A stretch of 64,000 nucleotides of DNA from Eledone cirrhosa. Its lineage: Eukaryota. Of the stretch, positions 25,777 through 40,321 are shown in pieces. The stretch is from contig OZ024740.1 of the NCBI GenBank assembly GCA_964016885.1, forward strand, positions 358,112,001 through 358,176,000. The letters run 5' to 3'. The notes beneath the pieces were generated by a model. The model worked only from the letters and a program-made list of their open reading frames with translations. It made no database searches and was not told the origin of the DNA. Within the stretch, counting starts at the first letter, position 1. Each line of letters begins with the position of its first letter. Made by a program: the position numbers and the translations under genes.

Positions 25777-27170
25777 GTTTTGCGAGGTTTTTGATATGAA
25801 ATCGTGTGTCGAAACAAATATTGTTATACTTGGGGAGGGTCATATTTGTGTAATATTGCCAGAATTAATAACAGAACACACTCACTGTTTGGTTGGTTTT
25901 CGCTTTTCGCTTCTGTGTCTTTTATATCGGTAATCTAATTTATTCGGTCCTCAATGTTGCCATTGACTGACCAACGGTCAAAAATAATACAGATACAATA
26001 TAGACACAAACACATATATATAGTTTATCAAAGTTCTTTCGTTGCACATCTGCAACATCGTCAGTGGTGCTATTGTTTTCTCCCGTTGCATTGTATTTTC
26101 TACGCCATCTTTATTTAGTCTGTTTATATATTTATTTATTTGTTTATTTTATTTTGTCTTCTTTGCGCATGCGTTTGCGTGTGTGTATAGTGTTTTGTTT
26201 GATGTGTGTTCGTGATTGGGTGACTGTATATTGGTTAATGTATTCTATCTTTACTAGTGTGTGTTTATATGTGTTTGTTGTTATTGTGCTTGTGTATGTA
26301 TTTATTTATTTATTTATCTATTTATTTATTTATTTATACTTCTCTTAGGTCAGTGTTGTTTGTTTGGGCGTTGTTGTTATTCCATTCATTTTTTCTGTTT
26401 AGCCTTGGCCTTCTAAGTTCTATTTAACTGGCCTCTCTGATTTGCCTATCTAAACATAGAAATGAGTCAGCAGATAGGCAAATCTGAGAGGCCAGTTAAA
26501 TAGAACTTAGAAGGCCAAGGCTAAACAGAAAAAATGAATGGAATAACAACAACACCCAAACAAACAACACTGACCTAAGAGAAGTATAAATAAATAAATA
26601 AATAAATAGATAAATAAATAAATAAATAAATAGATAAATAAATAAATAAATACATACACAAGCACAATAACAACAAACACATATAAACACACACTAGTAA
26701 AGATAGAATACATTAACCAATACACAGCCACCCAATCACGAACACACATCAAACAAAACACTATACACACACGCAAACGCATGCGCAAAGAAGACAAAAT
26801 AAAATAAACAAATAAATATATAAACAGACTAAATAAAGATGGCGTAGAAAATACAATGCAACGGGAGGAAACAATAGCACCACTGACGATGTTGCAGATG
26901 TGCAACGAAAGAACTTTGATAAACTATATATATGTGTTTGTGTCTATATTGTATCTGTATTATTTTTGACCGTTGGTCAGTCAATGGCAACATTGAGGAC
27001 CGAATAAATTAGATTACCGATATAAAAGACACAGAAGCGAAAAGCGAAAACCAACCAAACAGTGAGTGTATTCTGTTATTAATTCTGGCAATATTACACA
27101 AATATGACCCTCCCCAAGTATAACAATACTTGTTTCGACACACGATTTCATATCAAAAACCTCGCAAAAC
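25777..27170. mobile_element. 1.4 kb palindromic element, 'MTLPKYNN' family
   Basis: Arms about 25777-26451 and 26472-27170 with a 20 bp spacer. (TA)n flanks. The outward ends encode MTLPKYNN..F.TRF.IKNLAK. Confidence 0.8.
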
Positions 27171-27195
27171 TATATATATATATATATATAAATAT

Positions 27196-27358
27196 AAACA
27201 AAGAGGGTGTGGTACGATACCAGGTGGACCACAACGCACCAGAGTATTCAATACTTAGGGTAGTAGAGAGGGTAATAGGAAAAGAGTCACGACCCCGACG
27301 GCTGAGCTCTGGCCGTTTCGATAGCTAGATCCGAACTCGGATCCTGACTCTTTTCCTA
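27196..27358. mobile_element. 'MVHLV' family mini-insertion
   Basis: Tail plus reversed HHR 3' half plus a short inverted arm (GGAAAAGAGTCA / TGACTCTTTTCC). Confidence 0.75.
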
Positions 27359-27509
27359 GGGCACAAATAAATCGCTACGGCCGCTACTGGTGGAGGGCCT
27401 GGGGCATTTGCCCCCTCCCCCTCTCATTAAATCCAGCCCTGTATTCTTTTATTCTTTTACCTGTTCCAGCCATCCGGCTGAGGCCATGCTGGGGAACCGC
27501 ATATATATG

Positions 27510-27570
<61 letters not shown>

Positions 27571-27664
27571 GAATGATTTGTTATGCCTTCATTACGTTTA
27601 TTGAGTAGTGGTGCGCGTTTCGCTACTGATCAGCTCAAGGTTCGATTTATACAATCCCTATATA

Positions 27665-30600
27665 TCTCTTCTCTATATATATAAAACTGAAGATGTCTAT
27701 TTGCGTGTATGATGTTTACGCATTTCTACAATTCGCTACCGATTTTGATGATTTTTTTCCAATGTGCTCCAAATTTACCGACGATAGTCAACACGACATA
27801 AACATTGCCAAAAATTTCCTGCTTCTATGGAAAAAAATCGATCAAACTAAATACATGCTCTAACTCTCTCCCTTGCCGCCTCAACTGCTGCGTCACGTGC
27901 TGGTGAAGACGAAGGGCAGCGTTCCAGACGCCGACGTACGGACGCCGCTACTTGAATCTCAACGAAGACATTATATTTTGTTGTTGTACTTTTTGTAATT
28001 TTTTTTCTTTCTTTTTAGCAATATGAGAAAAAAAAGTAATATAAATATTCTGATAAAAAAAAATAGCGGAAAACTTTTTTCAGGAACGTCCGATTTTGAT
28101 GATTTATTTTCCAGTGTGCTCCATATTATCGCCCCTGTTTACGCTCTTTTGTGCTATAACTCAGACGTGCTTGGCTTACAGGTTTGGCATACTATTTGAC
28201 ATGCATTCTTGCTACAACTTACTTAGTACTCACTTTCCACTTATTCACTGTTCAATTGAAATTTTTCGCTACCCCCCTCCCTTTGTTTTGCTCCATTACC
28301 TGCATAAATATTTACGTGATCGGTTTAATTAGTACTTCCTGTTTCCCTTTTTAAACTTACTTTTAAAACATACTTTGACACTACGGTTATGCACCCCAAG
28401 AAAAGACCACGGCTTAGTTGCCAAACTAAAGCTGCTTCTGCTGCCAAACGAAGAAGAGGTACAGAGTCGTCCCTCGAGAATTTGACTCGGTTGTCACAAA
28501 ATGCAACTCGAAATGCAATTACCCGGTTAACCGAGAGAGAAGAACAGAGGACATACGGAGAGCCCCAGTTCCTACAACTATACTTTGTCACTGAATATTT
28601 GGACCAAGCGGAACGACGCGATTTAATTTCGCCTGGCAGAGAGATGAAAATTCTGTTGGAACTTCAGAGAATACTGCACGAAAACAACAACTACATTCGC
28701 AGTTTTAAATGCGCAATGGAGGCCGTTCCGGCGCCAAATTTTGCTGTTATAATCAACGCTGACAGGAAACCACCAGGCACCCACGCCGGCCATTTTAACG
28801 CTCCCACGTGCAATGAAATAGCTGTGCTTCTTCATGGAGAACAGTACAACAAGCGGGACATCATACTTCAGTGTAGGGACAATACTCTGCAAAGGATCAG
28901 CGAGACGCATAGGTCCTACGACGCATTCCAATACCCCCTTCTTTTCCCATTCGGTGACGACGGATACCACTTTGGAATTCCTTTGTGCAACAGCAACAAA
29001 ACTGTTTCCTGTATGCAATTCTACACCTACCGATTCATGGTCCGCGAAGGCTACTTTAACCACCTCCACCGTGCAAGAGTACTCTTCAACCAACTTGCTG
29101 TAGACGCGTGCGCAAAGATGGAATTTAAAGGCTGTGCTATATAAGGAACAATCAAGCACGCCTTCGTTCGGACAGCTACATTCACTTACGGAATGGAGTA
29201 AGGAATGACGTCGATCCCGAGAACCTTGGAAAACATTGTATCCTTCCATCGACGTTTATTGGGAGTCCCCGATACATGAGTGAACGCACACAGGATGCTA
29301 TGACGTACGTGCGTCTCTACGGCAGACCGGATCTCTTTATCACTTTAACTTGCAACCCTAAGTGGACTGAAATTACCGCGGAATTATTCCCCGGACAAAG
29401 GGCGGCAGACAGACACGACTTTACGGCACGAGTCTTCCACTTGAAATTGACAAAACTTATTGAACTCATACAATCAGGTAAGGCCTTTGGACCTGTTAGG
29501 TGCTACGTATACACCGTTGAGTGGCAAAAGAGAGGCCTGCCACACGCCCACCTACTCATTTGTCTAATAACGAAAATCAACGCAACCAGCGTTATTTCAG
29601 CAGAAATAATCGACCCAAAATTGGACAGAGAACTCCACAACATCGTCACTGCTCACATGGTTCATGGGCCATGCGGAAACGGTTTCAACATGAATTCTCC
29701 ATGCATTAAAGAAAGAAGGTGCACCAAGAGGTATCCTAGGCCATTCCTCCGAGAAACTCGGACAGGTGGCGACGGTTATCCATTATACCGCCGCAGGGAG
29801 CCAGCGGACGGAGGAATTGTTGTGAAAACACCACATCACCACGTCGATAACCGGTGGAGTGTACCCTACTGCCCACTTCTGCTTAAAATGTTTAACGCCC
29901 ACATTACCCTTGGATACTACCACTCCGTCAAATCAATAAAGGACGTCTGCAAGTACATCAATAAGGGGTCCGATGCTGCGTCCTTCGGTCTTACAATGGA
30001 GAACAGCCGAGACGAAATCACTCGATAACAGGTCGGCCGATACATCAGCAGCAATGAAGCGTTCTGGTGATTCTGCCACTTTGCGATACACCATAACTAC
30101 CCCCCAATCAAAGCGCCTCCACCGCTGCTGAGATAGCAGGGGAACCCAAGGACACCACACTTACGGCATTTTTTAAGTTATGCCGAAACGATCTCTTCGC
30201 CAAGACCCTCTTCTACTCTCAGGTGCCATCATACTACACTGTGAACACAGACAACAGAATTTGGTTAAGAAGGGTGAAAAGACAACCCGCAAGGGACATC
30301 CAGACATTAAAATCTCCCCTACCCTTGGGAGAGTCTACATAATTCATCCTAACCAACAGGAATGCTTTTATCTCCGCCTTCTACTGCATGACGTGGTAGG
30401 ACCAGCATCTTTCGACGATCTGAAAACAATCAACGGAGAGGTTTGTACTTCATTCCCTCAGCCTGCCTTAGACGGGGTCTACTGGAAGATGGCGTTCGGT
30501 GGGATGCAACATTGGCGGAGGCAGCTACAATACGCTCAGCGCGAAGTCTTCGGCAACTCTTTGCGGTGCTACTGCAGACATGCAAGCTAAGCGACCCTGT

Positions 30601-32728
30601 ATCCTTATGGGAGAAATACAAAGAGGACCTTTCCGATGACTACATACACCAAGGACAACTGCTACTCCCTCATTCCGACGTACGACTCAGCGATGAATTC
30701 TTCAACAAAGCTCTCATTGACTCGAGGACAAAATCCTAACTGCCGGCAGAAATGACCTTCCATTCTATGGACTGCCAAAAGTTCAGCAAATGGGCCCCGA
30801 CAAACTTCCGACAGGCATAATTCAGGAAACTTCCTACGACGTCCACGCCCTCGAACTGTTCATCAACGAAAACGAGCCGAAATTGTTGCAGGACCAACGG
30901 CAAGCGTATGACACAGTTTGCACTTCCATTCGTCAACGCACAGGAGTTATCTTCTTTTTGGACGCCTCAGGAGGAGCTGGTAAAACATTCGTCACTAAAC
31001 TCCTCCTCGCCAAAGTGCGACAGCAGAAAGGAATCGCCCTGGCTGTGGCTTCTTCTGGCATTGCCGCAACTCTGCTGCCCGGAGGTAGGACAGCTCATTC
31101 CGCATTTAAACTGCCATTCAACGCGACTTCAGACGACACAATAACCTGCAATATCACCAAGGACTCTGACAAAGCAGAAGTCTTGAAAAGATGCCACCTA
31201 ATTGTGTGGGATGAATGCACAATGGCCCATAAAGGGTCCCTTGAGGCGTTAGACAGGACTCTACGAGACATCAGGGAATGCAACCGGCCGATGAGAGGAG
31301 TACTTCTACTGCTGTCTGGCGATTTTCGACAAACTCTTCCACTTGTTCCAAAAGCCACCAGGGCCGACACTGTGGGGGCTTTCATTAAGTAATCCCTTCT
31401 GTGCATGAGGTGACAATTCTGACCCTCACAACAAACATGAGAGCCCAACTGTTCGGCGACCACTCAGCAGCCGACTTCTCGAAGGACCTCTTAACAGTTG
31501 GTGACGGCACTGCATCTTCAGATGCAGCTGGAGAAATGGCAGTCTCGCAAGTAGGCACCGTTTTCGAGACTGTTGACGACCTCACAGCCTCTGTCTTTCC
31601 CGATATGGCCATCAACTACAAAAACACGAGTTGGCTATGCGATAGAGCCATATTAGCTCCCAAAACTGTCTCTGTTGCAAAAATCAATGAGGACCTTCTG
31701 CAACGCATTCCTGGAAACCTCCATACCTACAAATCTGTGGACACAGTTGTGGACAAAGATGAGGTTGACGATTTTCCCACAGAATTCCTCAATTCCTTGG
31801 ACCTCTCCGGACCGCCACCTCATGAACTGCGCCTCAAAGTTGGGGCTCCCGTGATGCTGTTGAGGAACCTGGAACCACCGCGTCTCTGCAATGGAACACG
31901 GTTAGTGGTAAGAAACCTCCTGCCGCATATAATTGAAGCCACAATTCTCACGGGCTGCGGCGCTGGGGAAAACGTCTTTATACCCAGAATACCATTAACT
32001 CCATCAGGTAAGGAATGCCCCTGTACTCTGCGCCGACTTCAATTCACCGTTAAACTTTACTTCGCGATGTCAATCAACAAGTCCCAAGGCCAAACGCTAA
32101 CAACAGCAGGCCTCCATTTAGGCCAGCCGTGCTTCTCACACGGCCAATTATAAGTCGCATGCCCAAGAGTCGGATGCAAGCAGAACTTATTCATACTTGT
32201 GCCCAAAGGCAGAACAAAAATGTGGTCTACAGAGAGATGTTGTGACTCCTCTATTCAGCACCACTACAGTCTTGCCGTTCTGACATATGGTGAGTAGATG
32301 CTATTGTTGTATATTTTCAAACTTATCCGTATTTACTTACCCATGCTTATTCCCCCTATTTCCTCCATTGGGCAACCAATCTGTTTTCACAGACCATGCA
32401 GTTTCGGGACAGCACGTCCGCTGCCGTTGGTGGAAGAGGAAGAGGCCCTATTCATCTGCGAACATTTTACACCCATTCCAGGACTTCCTTCCAAATTGTT
32501 ACCATTGTGAGAACGATAACACGGCCCTTTTCAGGGCCACCTCACATTCAATTGTTACCCCCTTCTGAGAGTGTTTCAAAGCCCTTTGCAGGGCTTTCTA
32601 TCCCGTTGCAAATCGATTGGTTGGGCGGGAACTTATATAAATCTTTGCCTCAATAATCATAATTGAGTGGAATCATTAAGAGTACTTTAAAGCAATTAAA
32701 CCCCGGGCAACGCCGGGCACTTCTGCTA

Positions 32729-32729
<1 letters not shown>
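27665..32729 (+). mobile_element. Helitron, near full length, decayed RepHel
   Basis: 5' A|TC...TCTATATATATAAAA (exact start uncertain). Rep HUH motif. PIF1 helicase motifs DASGGAGKT, WDEC, GDFRQ, FAMSINKSQGQT, FSHGQL. 3' hairpin CCCGG-GCAACG-CCGGG, then CTAG|T at 32726-32730. Confidence 0.93.
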
Positions 32730-32794
<65 letters not shown>

Positions 32795-33089
32795 TGTATA
32801 TGAAAAACAAAATATTAGGAACAAAAGGAAAAGGAAAGCAGAGCAAATTATGCAAAGGATAAAAAAAAATAGAGTTGCGAGACAAAGAACTCGTAGAAGA
32901 AAGATATATTGGGGAATTTAAGAACTTAGTAATAAAGAGGCTAGATGAAAAGATTGAAATGAAAAAACGTGGGGATGGGTTAATGCAGCCGGTGTTGTAT
33001 CTGGGTTCGAACCTTGGATTCGGAACAAGCTCTTGTGTTGGTTAGTCCTCTGCGCCGGGTGTGAGTGTCTGCAGTATGTTATCTTCATG

Positions 33090-33500
33090 GGCCGTGTGTT
33101 GGTTTGAAGTAGGAGTAAAATTTGTGTCCGGCGTATACAATTAATTACAAACACAGAAGCTTTGTTTATAGGGTTGCCATCATCAAATAAAACGTGGAGC
33201 GCCTCCTCCGAGCAAGAGTTAAATATTCCTCTGCCTTCGGAGTACGTTTGGGCCGTTACAATTATGCTCTACCTTAGAAGGAAGGGTATCCCTTGTCCGG
33301 GAATGCTTTATATCTGGCTGGTGAGGTTTGGCGCTTGCTTCCATTCTTGGTGTCTAAATGAATAAGTGCGTTGAATATAGCGAGATTTGAAGCAAATGCA
33401 GTAATACCGATGTATGTACGCTTTATGGAAACCATTTAATTCCGTATGTACAATCGTGTGGAAAACATGGTCACACACTTGGGTTGATACTAGTAAAAGA
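33090..33500 (-). pseudogene. Highly decayed Hydra-like PLE nuclease
   Basis: FKSRY...SFRH...NLTSQI...CSEEA..VL...INK.S...C pattern with stop codons. Confidence 0.5.
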
Positions 33501-33989
33501 GTAAGTATAAATATGTATGTGTGTTTTGTACATCTATTTAGTGCGTGGAAAAAATTATTCAATCAGCATTAATCGAAACAGGTATTCATGATACAGTAGC
33601 GTATTTGAACTGTTGATAAAAGGTGGTTTGGCGATCCTGTTATGTGAAATGCGTTGCAGCTCTTGTGATTTGAGATATTTATTGGGATAGTCTATTCTGT
33701 ATGGCATTACATGTGTGGTCGGCAAAACCTGCACCTGAATGTAAAACGTCATAACTGGTATGTTTTCTTTGTTAGCAGGTTTGCTGTATATCACTGCTTT
33801 GTTTTCTTTGTTAGCAGGTTTGCTGTATATCGCTGCTTTGTTTTCTTTGACTAACCTACCAAACGACTGATAGAATCACTGTAATAAGAGGTGCGCTTTG
33901 GTGCTATTGATTATCAACAATGACAATAAATCTACTCTCTTTTTTGTATGACAAGCGGCATTCATTAATATAATATCGTTCCCTTTCTG

Positions 33990-35005
33990 TTCCAAGAGAT
34001 CCTCCATCAACTTTATTGAAGTCCTTAAGGCAAGCTTGTTTCATTGACTAGCTTGGCGAACTAAGTATTTGATTCTGTTAACTGTTTGCCTCATCAATAG
34101 CCAGATATAGAATTTCTGCATACTTCAACGATAATATGTTCTGGTTAGTTTGGTACGCAATAATTTCTTTGTGTATAATGTATTTTCTGTTTGACTTACA
34201 TGTCCGATATACTTCAGAATTGTATTCTCCTTTATCACGATTGACTTTGCTCCAACCCCCTTTAACCATGCTTCTTTAAAATTGAATCCAGCTCGCTTCC
34301 ATTTCCCGTATTTCAATTTCTTTTGGACGCCAAGATTGTACTCCGTATGCCAGTTGAGATCTCATACGTGCTTCAAGCAACTTTCTTCTTGTGTTCATAC
34401 TAACATTGTTGCCTGTTAGTACTGTTCTCAGTTCATTAAACGTAGCTGTTACTTTTGATATTTGCTTTGGGATCATCAGAAATTATCTATCCCAAATAAA
34501 TGAATTCTTTCACATTCTCTATCGCATTTTCATCCGTGCTGAAAAGTGACTCTTTCTCCACTAGCTCACTGTTGCTGAACACTTGAGTTTTCGTCTTCTT
34601 AATGACATTGTTAGACCAAATCTTCTTTTACATGTGTTGTTAATGATATTGAGCAATTTCTCGGCTTCATCTACTGTGCAACAGAACATTACCACTGCAC
34701 CAATTCTACGTAAACGTCCAGTGTTGCTCTGCTCTCTATTTGAACATATATATGGGGGTATTGTATTCAAACTCAATTCCCCATCATTCAGGAAACACTT
34801 CACCAATAGCATGTGCTGCCAATTTTAGTACATAATCAATATAATAATAAAAAAAAAGATCCCTGTCTACCTAGTCTACAGCCAACAAGGGCATCGAACT
34901 GAGCCTCTATACCACTGATAGATGCTGTCGTACCTTCATACAACTTCTAGATTTCAATCAAATGTTTAGCTACTGTTCGTATTGAGAGCACTTTAAAGAG
35001 AATAT
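33990..35005 (-). mobile_element. Decayed LINE RT fragment
   Basis: KLLNIINNTCKRRFGLTMS...; ATFNELRTVL...KLLEA...LAYGVQSW. Confidence 0.55.
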
Positions 35006-36169
35006 TTATAAGTTGCTAAATAGCCCGAATAGTGGTGATACAGGTACATCTGCTGACATATCCGCACGAGTTGATTGACTTGAAAGGTGATGACATAGGC
35101 ACGTCCGATGACGGTAGTCTATCTGTCCGTCGGGGCTGTGGAGGGCCAGCATGTGGGACCCCATTTGCTCACAATACAGAGAGATGGAGGCGATGATAGT
35201 GGGAGTTCGGCTCTTCAGTGTTCGGACACATTGCACCTGTCATGTGGATCATGTGATACTTTTCCAGTAACTAGCTGGCTACATGGAGAAATACCGGTTG
35301 GCCATTGCATCCATTACACGTATGTATCCTATGTGAGACGGGCATTGATAAAAAGAAATTTCAGATTTGAGGTTTGACTGGCATGACACAAATATAGCAA
35401 TATGAGATATTCGCCTCACATTTACTAAGTTCCACACATAAAGCATTGATCAATCCACGACTATGGCAGAAAACATTCAATACTGAGTAATGGAATTGAA
35501 CTTGGAACTTCTTAGCCACATGTTTACTTGTTATAAAAGGTTCTGGCTAGTTTAAATCAGTAAACACTTTGTTGTTGATTGCTCTGTCACTTTCAAGTCG
35601 AGCAGAAATTAGTTTAGAAGTAAAACCAATTTCACGCGGTGAATTGGCGGTATCAGTAGGGCCTTCAGCCAAATGCTTTAGAAGTGTTTAGTTGCGTTCT
35701 TTTAAACTCTGAGCTCAAATACGTGAGGTCAACTTAGCCTTTCAACTTTCTTGGTCGATAAAAAGAATACTATATGTGAGTAATGTTATATTGGAAGAAG
35801 AAATTGTTTTGAGTTAATCTGTCGTCTGCTAAAGTAGTTTTAATCGCCTGCAGTTACATAGGATTTATTCATTAATTTGTTTGAAGAGATAAAATGATAA
35901 GTGTGTGTAATAGGTGTTGGTGTTATTAGAAAAAAGAATCGGGTTGAAGGCGTTTCTTGGGAAGAAGAGAATGCTCTTACTTATTTTCTTTCTCCTCCCC
36001 TTCTTTCACTTACCCATTCTCATTGAAATACCTATTCCCACGCTCTTTGTGATTAAAATAAAAGCCGATTGTAAAATTATGACATTAGAAAATGGCTCAC
36101 GCACTTACCTTCATACTTACACGTGTACGATTGCATAATGTATATTTAAAGACGCATATGTACGCGACG

Positions 36170-36350
36170 ATATAACGAGGAAACTCCGTCGGTTGCGACG
36201 ACTTTTATTCCAATATTCCAATCAACGGAGCAGCATATTCAAGAAATAAACGTAGAAGTGGTTGAGCCATCCATAGACACGTGTTAGCTTAATGTAATCT
36301 CAGGGAGATTTAACGTGGGACAGTGTACGACAAGACACTGAACATCAAGT
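36170..36350 (+). repeat. Interspersed repeat fragment
   Basis: AACTCCGTCGGTTGCGACGAC...AAGTGGTTGAGC..CCATAGACACGTG resembles an abundant octopus repeat. Recalled from memory, not verified. Confidence 0.35.
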
Positions 36351-36387
36351 AGAGTCTGCAAAATATTGTTTCTTAAACGATTTATGG

Positions 36388-36544
<157 letters not shown>

Positions 36545-36689
36545 ACGCACACATATATCTTGTAATTTGAATTAATGATGTTCTGGGCCAAGGTCAAGGT
36601 CCATTGAGCTTTTTAACTAAGAAATATAATCTTCATACATAATATATATGATACCTACTATACATAATATATATGTTATGATATCGACT

Positions 36690-37622
36690 ATGGAAACCAA
36701 ATTTAGAATCAAAAGGCCTAAGAGTAAACTTAACAAAAACTAAACTGTTAGTGAGTAGAAGAGAAGATATGACCTTGATTCCCCCACAGAAGTGGCCCTA
36801 CTCAATATGTAGAAAGTGAGTAGGCATAAACTCTATACGATATACACAATGTAAATCTTCGGTACACAAGAGATGTAGTAGGATAACAAGTAAGCTAACA
36901 GGAAGGAAACACTGTTTGTAGAGGATTCACAGGGGTACCAGAGGTGAAGATAACCAGTAATGTAAGCCTATTTCAGATACAGGAAGGACCCATAAAAGTG
37001 GTTTGACAGCTTCTGTTATCTAAGCAACGTAATTAGCAATAGAGGGGGTGCTCTGAGAGCATATTAAAGATAGGATGGAAAAAAGTTCAAAGTGCTACAT
37101 CCACTGTTGACCACAAAAGGTTTCTCCCTACGTACAAAAGGACGACTGTATGACGCCTGTGTGCGAGGTGCGATACTGCATCGTAGTGAAAAATGGGCTG
37201 TGACTGTGGAGGACGTGCATATAGACTGGAGAGAAATGAAGCAACCATGCTTCATTGGATGTGCAATGTAAGTGTGAGAGAGGGGCAGAGCTTGGACGAG
37301 TTCAAGTAGAAGCTGGGTTTAAGAGGAATTCGAGGTAATGCACAGGAGAGAAGACTGCGTTAGTTTGGACATGTGGTGCGCATGGACAATGATCGTTTGG
37401 TGAAGAAGTGCCGGGAAATGCCAATGAAAGGAAGTTGCGGTAGAGGTAGACCAAAAAAGACCTGGGCAGACGTTGTGAGAGCTGACCTCAAATCACTGAG
37501 ACTCAAAGATGACAAAGGATCGTAACGTGTGGAGAGATTCCGTGCTGAAAAGAACCCGCCCAACCCATGCAAGCGTGGAAAAGCGGGTGTAAAAACGATG
37601 ACGACGATGATGATGACGATGG
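36690..37622 (+). mobile_element. RTE-type LINE 3' part
   Basis: GRLYDACVRGAILHRSE.W...RRLR*FGHVVRM...RGRPKKTW. Ends CAACCCATGCAAGCGTGGAAAAGCGG plus a (GAT/GAC)n tail. Confidence 0.8.
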
Positions 37623-38567
37623 TAAGCATATATATATCCTGGAGAGGAGTTGGGCTCCGCTAGGTTTAAAAAGTGCCGTAGAAACTCCGTATTTCGATAC
37701 TGCATCTCTACAACTACCCCAGGAGTTACGAGACCATGCATGCTCATATGTTGAGATTAAAATAAGCTAAAATCATATAATTTTTTCGCGTATGTATATG
37801 AGAGGAGCGGTAGCCGGTTCGGCTTAAATTAAGAAACTAGTATTGGTGCTCCAGCATAGCTTTATACACATGCATGTACATGTTGTATATCAAATAATAT
37901 ACGAAATGAAAAGCATTTGAAAGCCTTTCACTATGAATTGTTAAGGTTTTGACAATCGTCACACATCCTTGTTTCAATAAAAGCAAGAGAGCGGTTATGC
38001 AACCTATGACTTGTCATATGGTAAATTAGTTGTCACAAAGGTTCGTTAATATCTTCAACATAAAAGTAATTTGCTTTTAAAGAAAATTGTTCAGTTGATA
38101 GTTATCAAAAGTTGTCAAGATTAATTTGAGAAGTGTTTTCTATTGGCCTAAAAGTATGTTATATCCGTTTCATATTGCTATAAAAATATCTAACAACAAA
38201 ACCATGAAGATAAAATAAAACAAGAGAAAGAAATTATGAGTTAGCAATTTATTTTGATTTAGATAACTTGCGATTTAGAACGTTTGCATAGACTTTATTT
38301 ACAAAGATTCGAAATAAATACCGTAAGGCATTTGATCAGACGCTCTGATATTTTCCGCCATATTACCACTCTAGACTGGGACTTCATTTTATCAACTCCG
38401 AAAGGATGAATTCAGATCGCAAAGAACCGATACAAATACTTTCCAGATATTTGTCTTTCGTGCTAACGATTCTGTCATTTCGCTACCTACCTTTACGATT
38501 TAGAAATGTATAGAAACCGGAAAGGTGAGAGGTAAACGATCCCTGGAGATAAAATCCTTCTTATAAT

Positions 38568-38752
38568 TGTTTCTACTTTAGGCACAAGGCCAGCAATTAC
38601 CCAGTGCATTACTGGTACTTTATTTGATCGACCCCGTAAGGATGAAAGGCAAAGTCAACCTCGGCGGGATTTGAACTCAGATCGTAAAGGGACGTAACTA
38701 TGCTGGAAAGCATGGCGTCCAATCCTCCACCGATACTGCCAATCCACCGCCC
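38568..38752 (-). mobile_element. tRNA-derived SINE
   Basis: Full consensus; duplication AATCCTTCTTATAAT on both sides. Confidence 0.88.
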
Positions 38753-38778
38753 TAATCCTTCTTATAATACGAGTAAAT

Positions 38779-39938
38779 CAGTGTTCCCAGAGAAAATCAT
38801 TAGAAGTCTGTCGTTAATATGCACAGAAATATTTGAATTTACTTTATCTTTTCGATCACTAATAAAATAATATTTGTGTATTTAGTATATGAAAAGACAT
38901 ATAGAAATGATGAAATGAAGCCTTCGAAAATAACAAGCTACCTGGAGATGATGTATTCAAATAAGTATGACAGATATTTTCTATTTTTTTTAAGACATTC
39001 AGTTAATGATTTGGAGAATGTGCAACATCAATGTTTTTTCTTAAGTCACAATCTCATATATAAAGTGGAAATAAAGAGCTCTAAGAATACATCCTTTAAT
39101 ATAATGATTTCTGATTTAGGCACAAGGCCAGCAATTTAGGGGGAGGGGAAAGTCGATTAAGTCGACCCCAGATACTTTATTTTATCGACCTCCTAAGGAT
39201 GAAAGACAAAGCTAAATAGGGTGGTGGGTTGGCAGTATCGGTAGAGCGTCGGACACCATGCTTTGCAGCATAGAGTTCTGAGTTCAAATTCCACCGAAGT
39301 TAGCTTTGCCTTTCATCCTTACGTGATCGACAAAATAAAGCACCAGTAATACACTGGGGTGGATTTAATCGACTTTCCTCTCCCCTTCAAATATCTGGAC
39401 TTTGCCTACAGTAGAAACATTATTATTCCACGGGGGATTGGCAGTAATGGTAGAGGGTCGGACGCCATACTTTGACGCATAGAGTTACGGCCCTTGCTAT
39501 CCTGAGTTCAAATCCCGCCGAGGTTAACTTTGCCTTTCATCCTTGTGGGGTTGATAAAATAAAGTACCAGTAATTCACTGGGTAATTGATGGCCTTGTGC
39601 CAAACGTAGAAACAATTATTATTCCAAATACAATTTTCACACTTTCCTATACAGCTGTATAGAAAGTCAAAGAAACTTTTATGAAGTACTTTGAAATTAT
39701 TCTTAAGATTATTCCTTTGAATAACAACTCAGTAGAATGTCATTTAACGCTATTCATGTCTTTTGCTCGCAATTAGCTTCCAGTTTCCAGATGTATGAGA
39801 TATGTGCAGTGGTTTACGACTTTACGACACCATTGTCATACATAAAAGTGTCCATGTTTTGATATGCTTCCTACACATTCGACGACATGCTGAACACCGG
39901 AGCAACCCGTTCAAGATTATTTGGGATCAGTACTTCAA

Positions 39939-40016
<78 letters not shown>

Positions 40017-40250
40017 GCACAGCACTGGCAGTGATTTGAATAAGCAATTATTAAATAACTGATAATTTTGCATGCGAAGACATTGTCATTTAACTCCAAC
40101 TATAGGAAGCGGAAGCTTTGTGTGACTGGTGAATCTAATGTTAGCTTGATGTGTTTGATTTATGATTGCTTTTGACGAAAGAGAAAATATCTGCTATATA
40201 ATGTGATGGGTATGAGCACTATTCTATACCATCTTACACAATAAACCAAA
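38779..40250 (+). mobile_element. Decayed hAT (Charlie/Buster-like) transposon, interrupted by SINEs
   Basis: Starts CAGTGTTCCC. Translates to NDEMKPSKITSYL and later IPLNNNSV, resembling Buster-type transposase N-termini. Confidence 0.45.
39108..39622. mobile_element. Cluster of three SINEs (one minus partial, two plus)
   Basis: About 39108-39215 (-), 39219-39425 (+) and 39430-39622 (+) match the SINE consensus. Confidence 0.85.
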
Positions 40251-40321
40251 GATGAGCCTTTGCTAAAAATAGTAGCCAAAGCTCACTTAAAGCACACATT
40301 ACAGTTTTAAATAAAGAAAGG

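Noticed and set aside
25777-27170. Foldback or MITE DNA transposon interpretation
   Set aside because: The related copy at 4131-4358 has a different centre and asymmetric ends, and the termini look like an ORF start. A retroelement origin fits better, though it is not proven.
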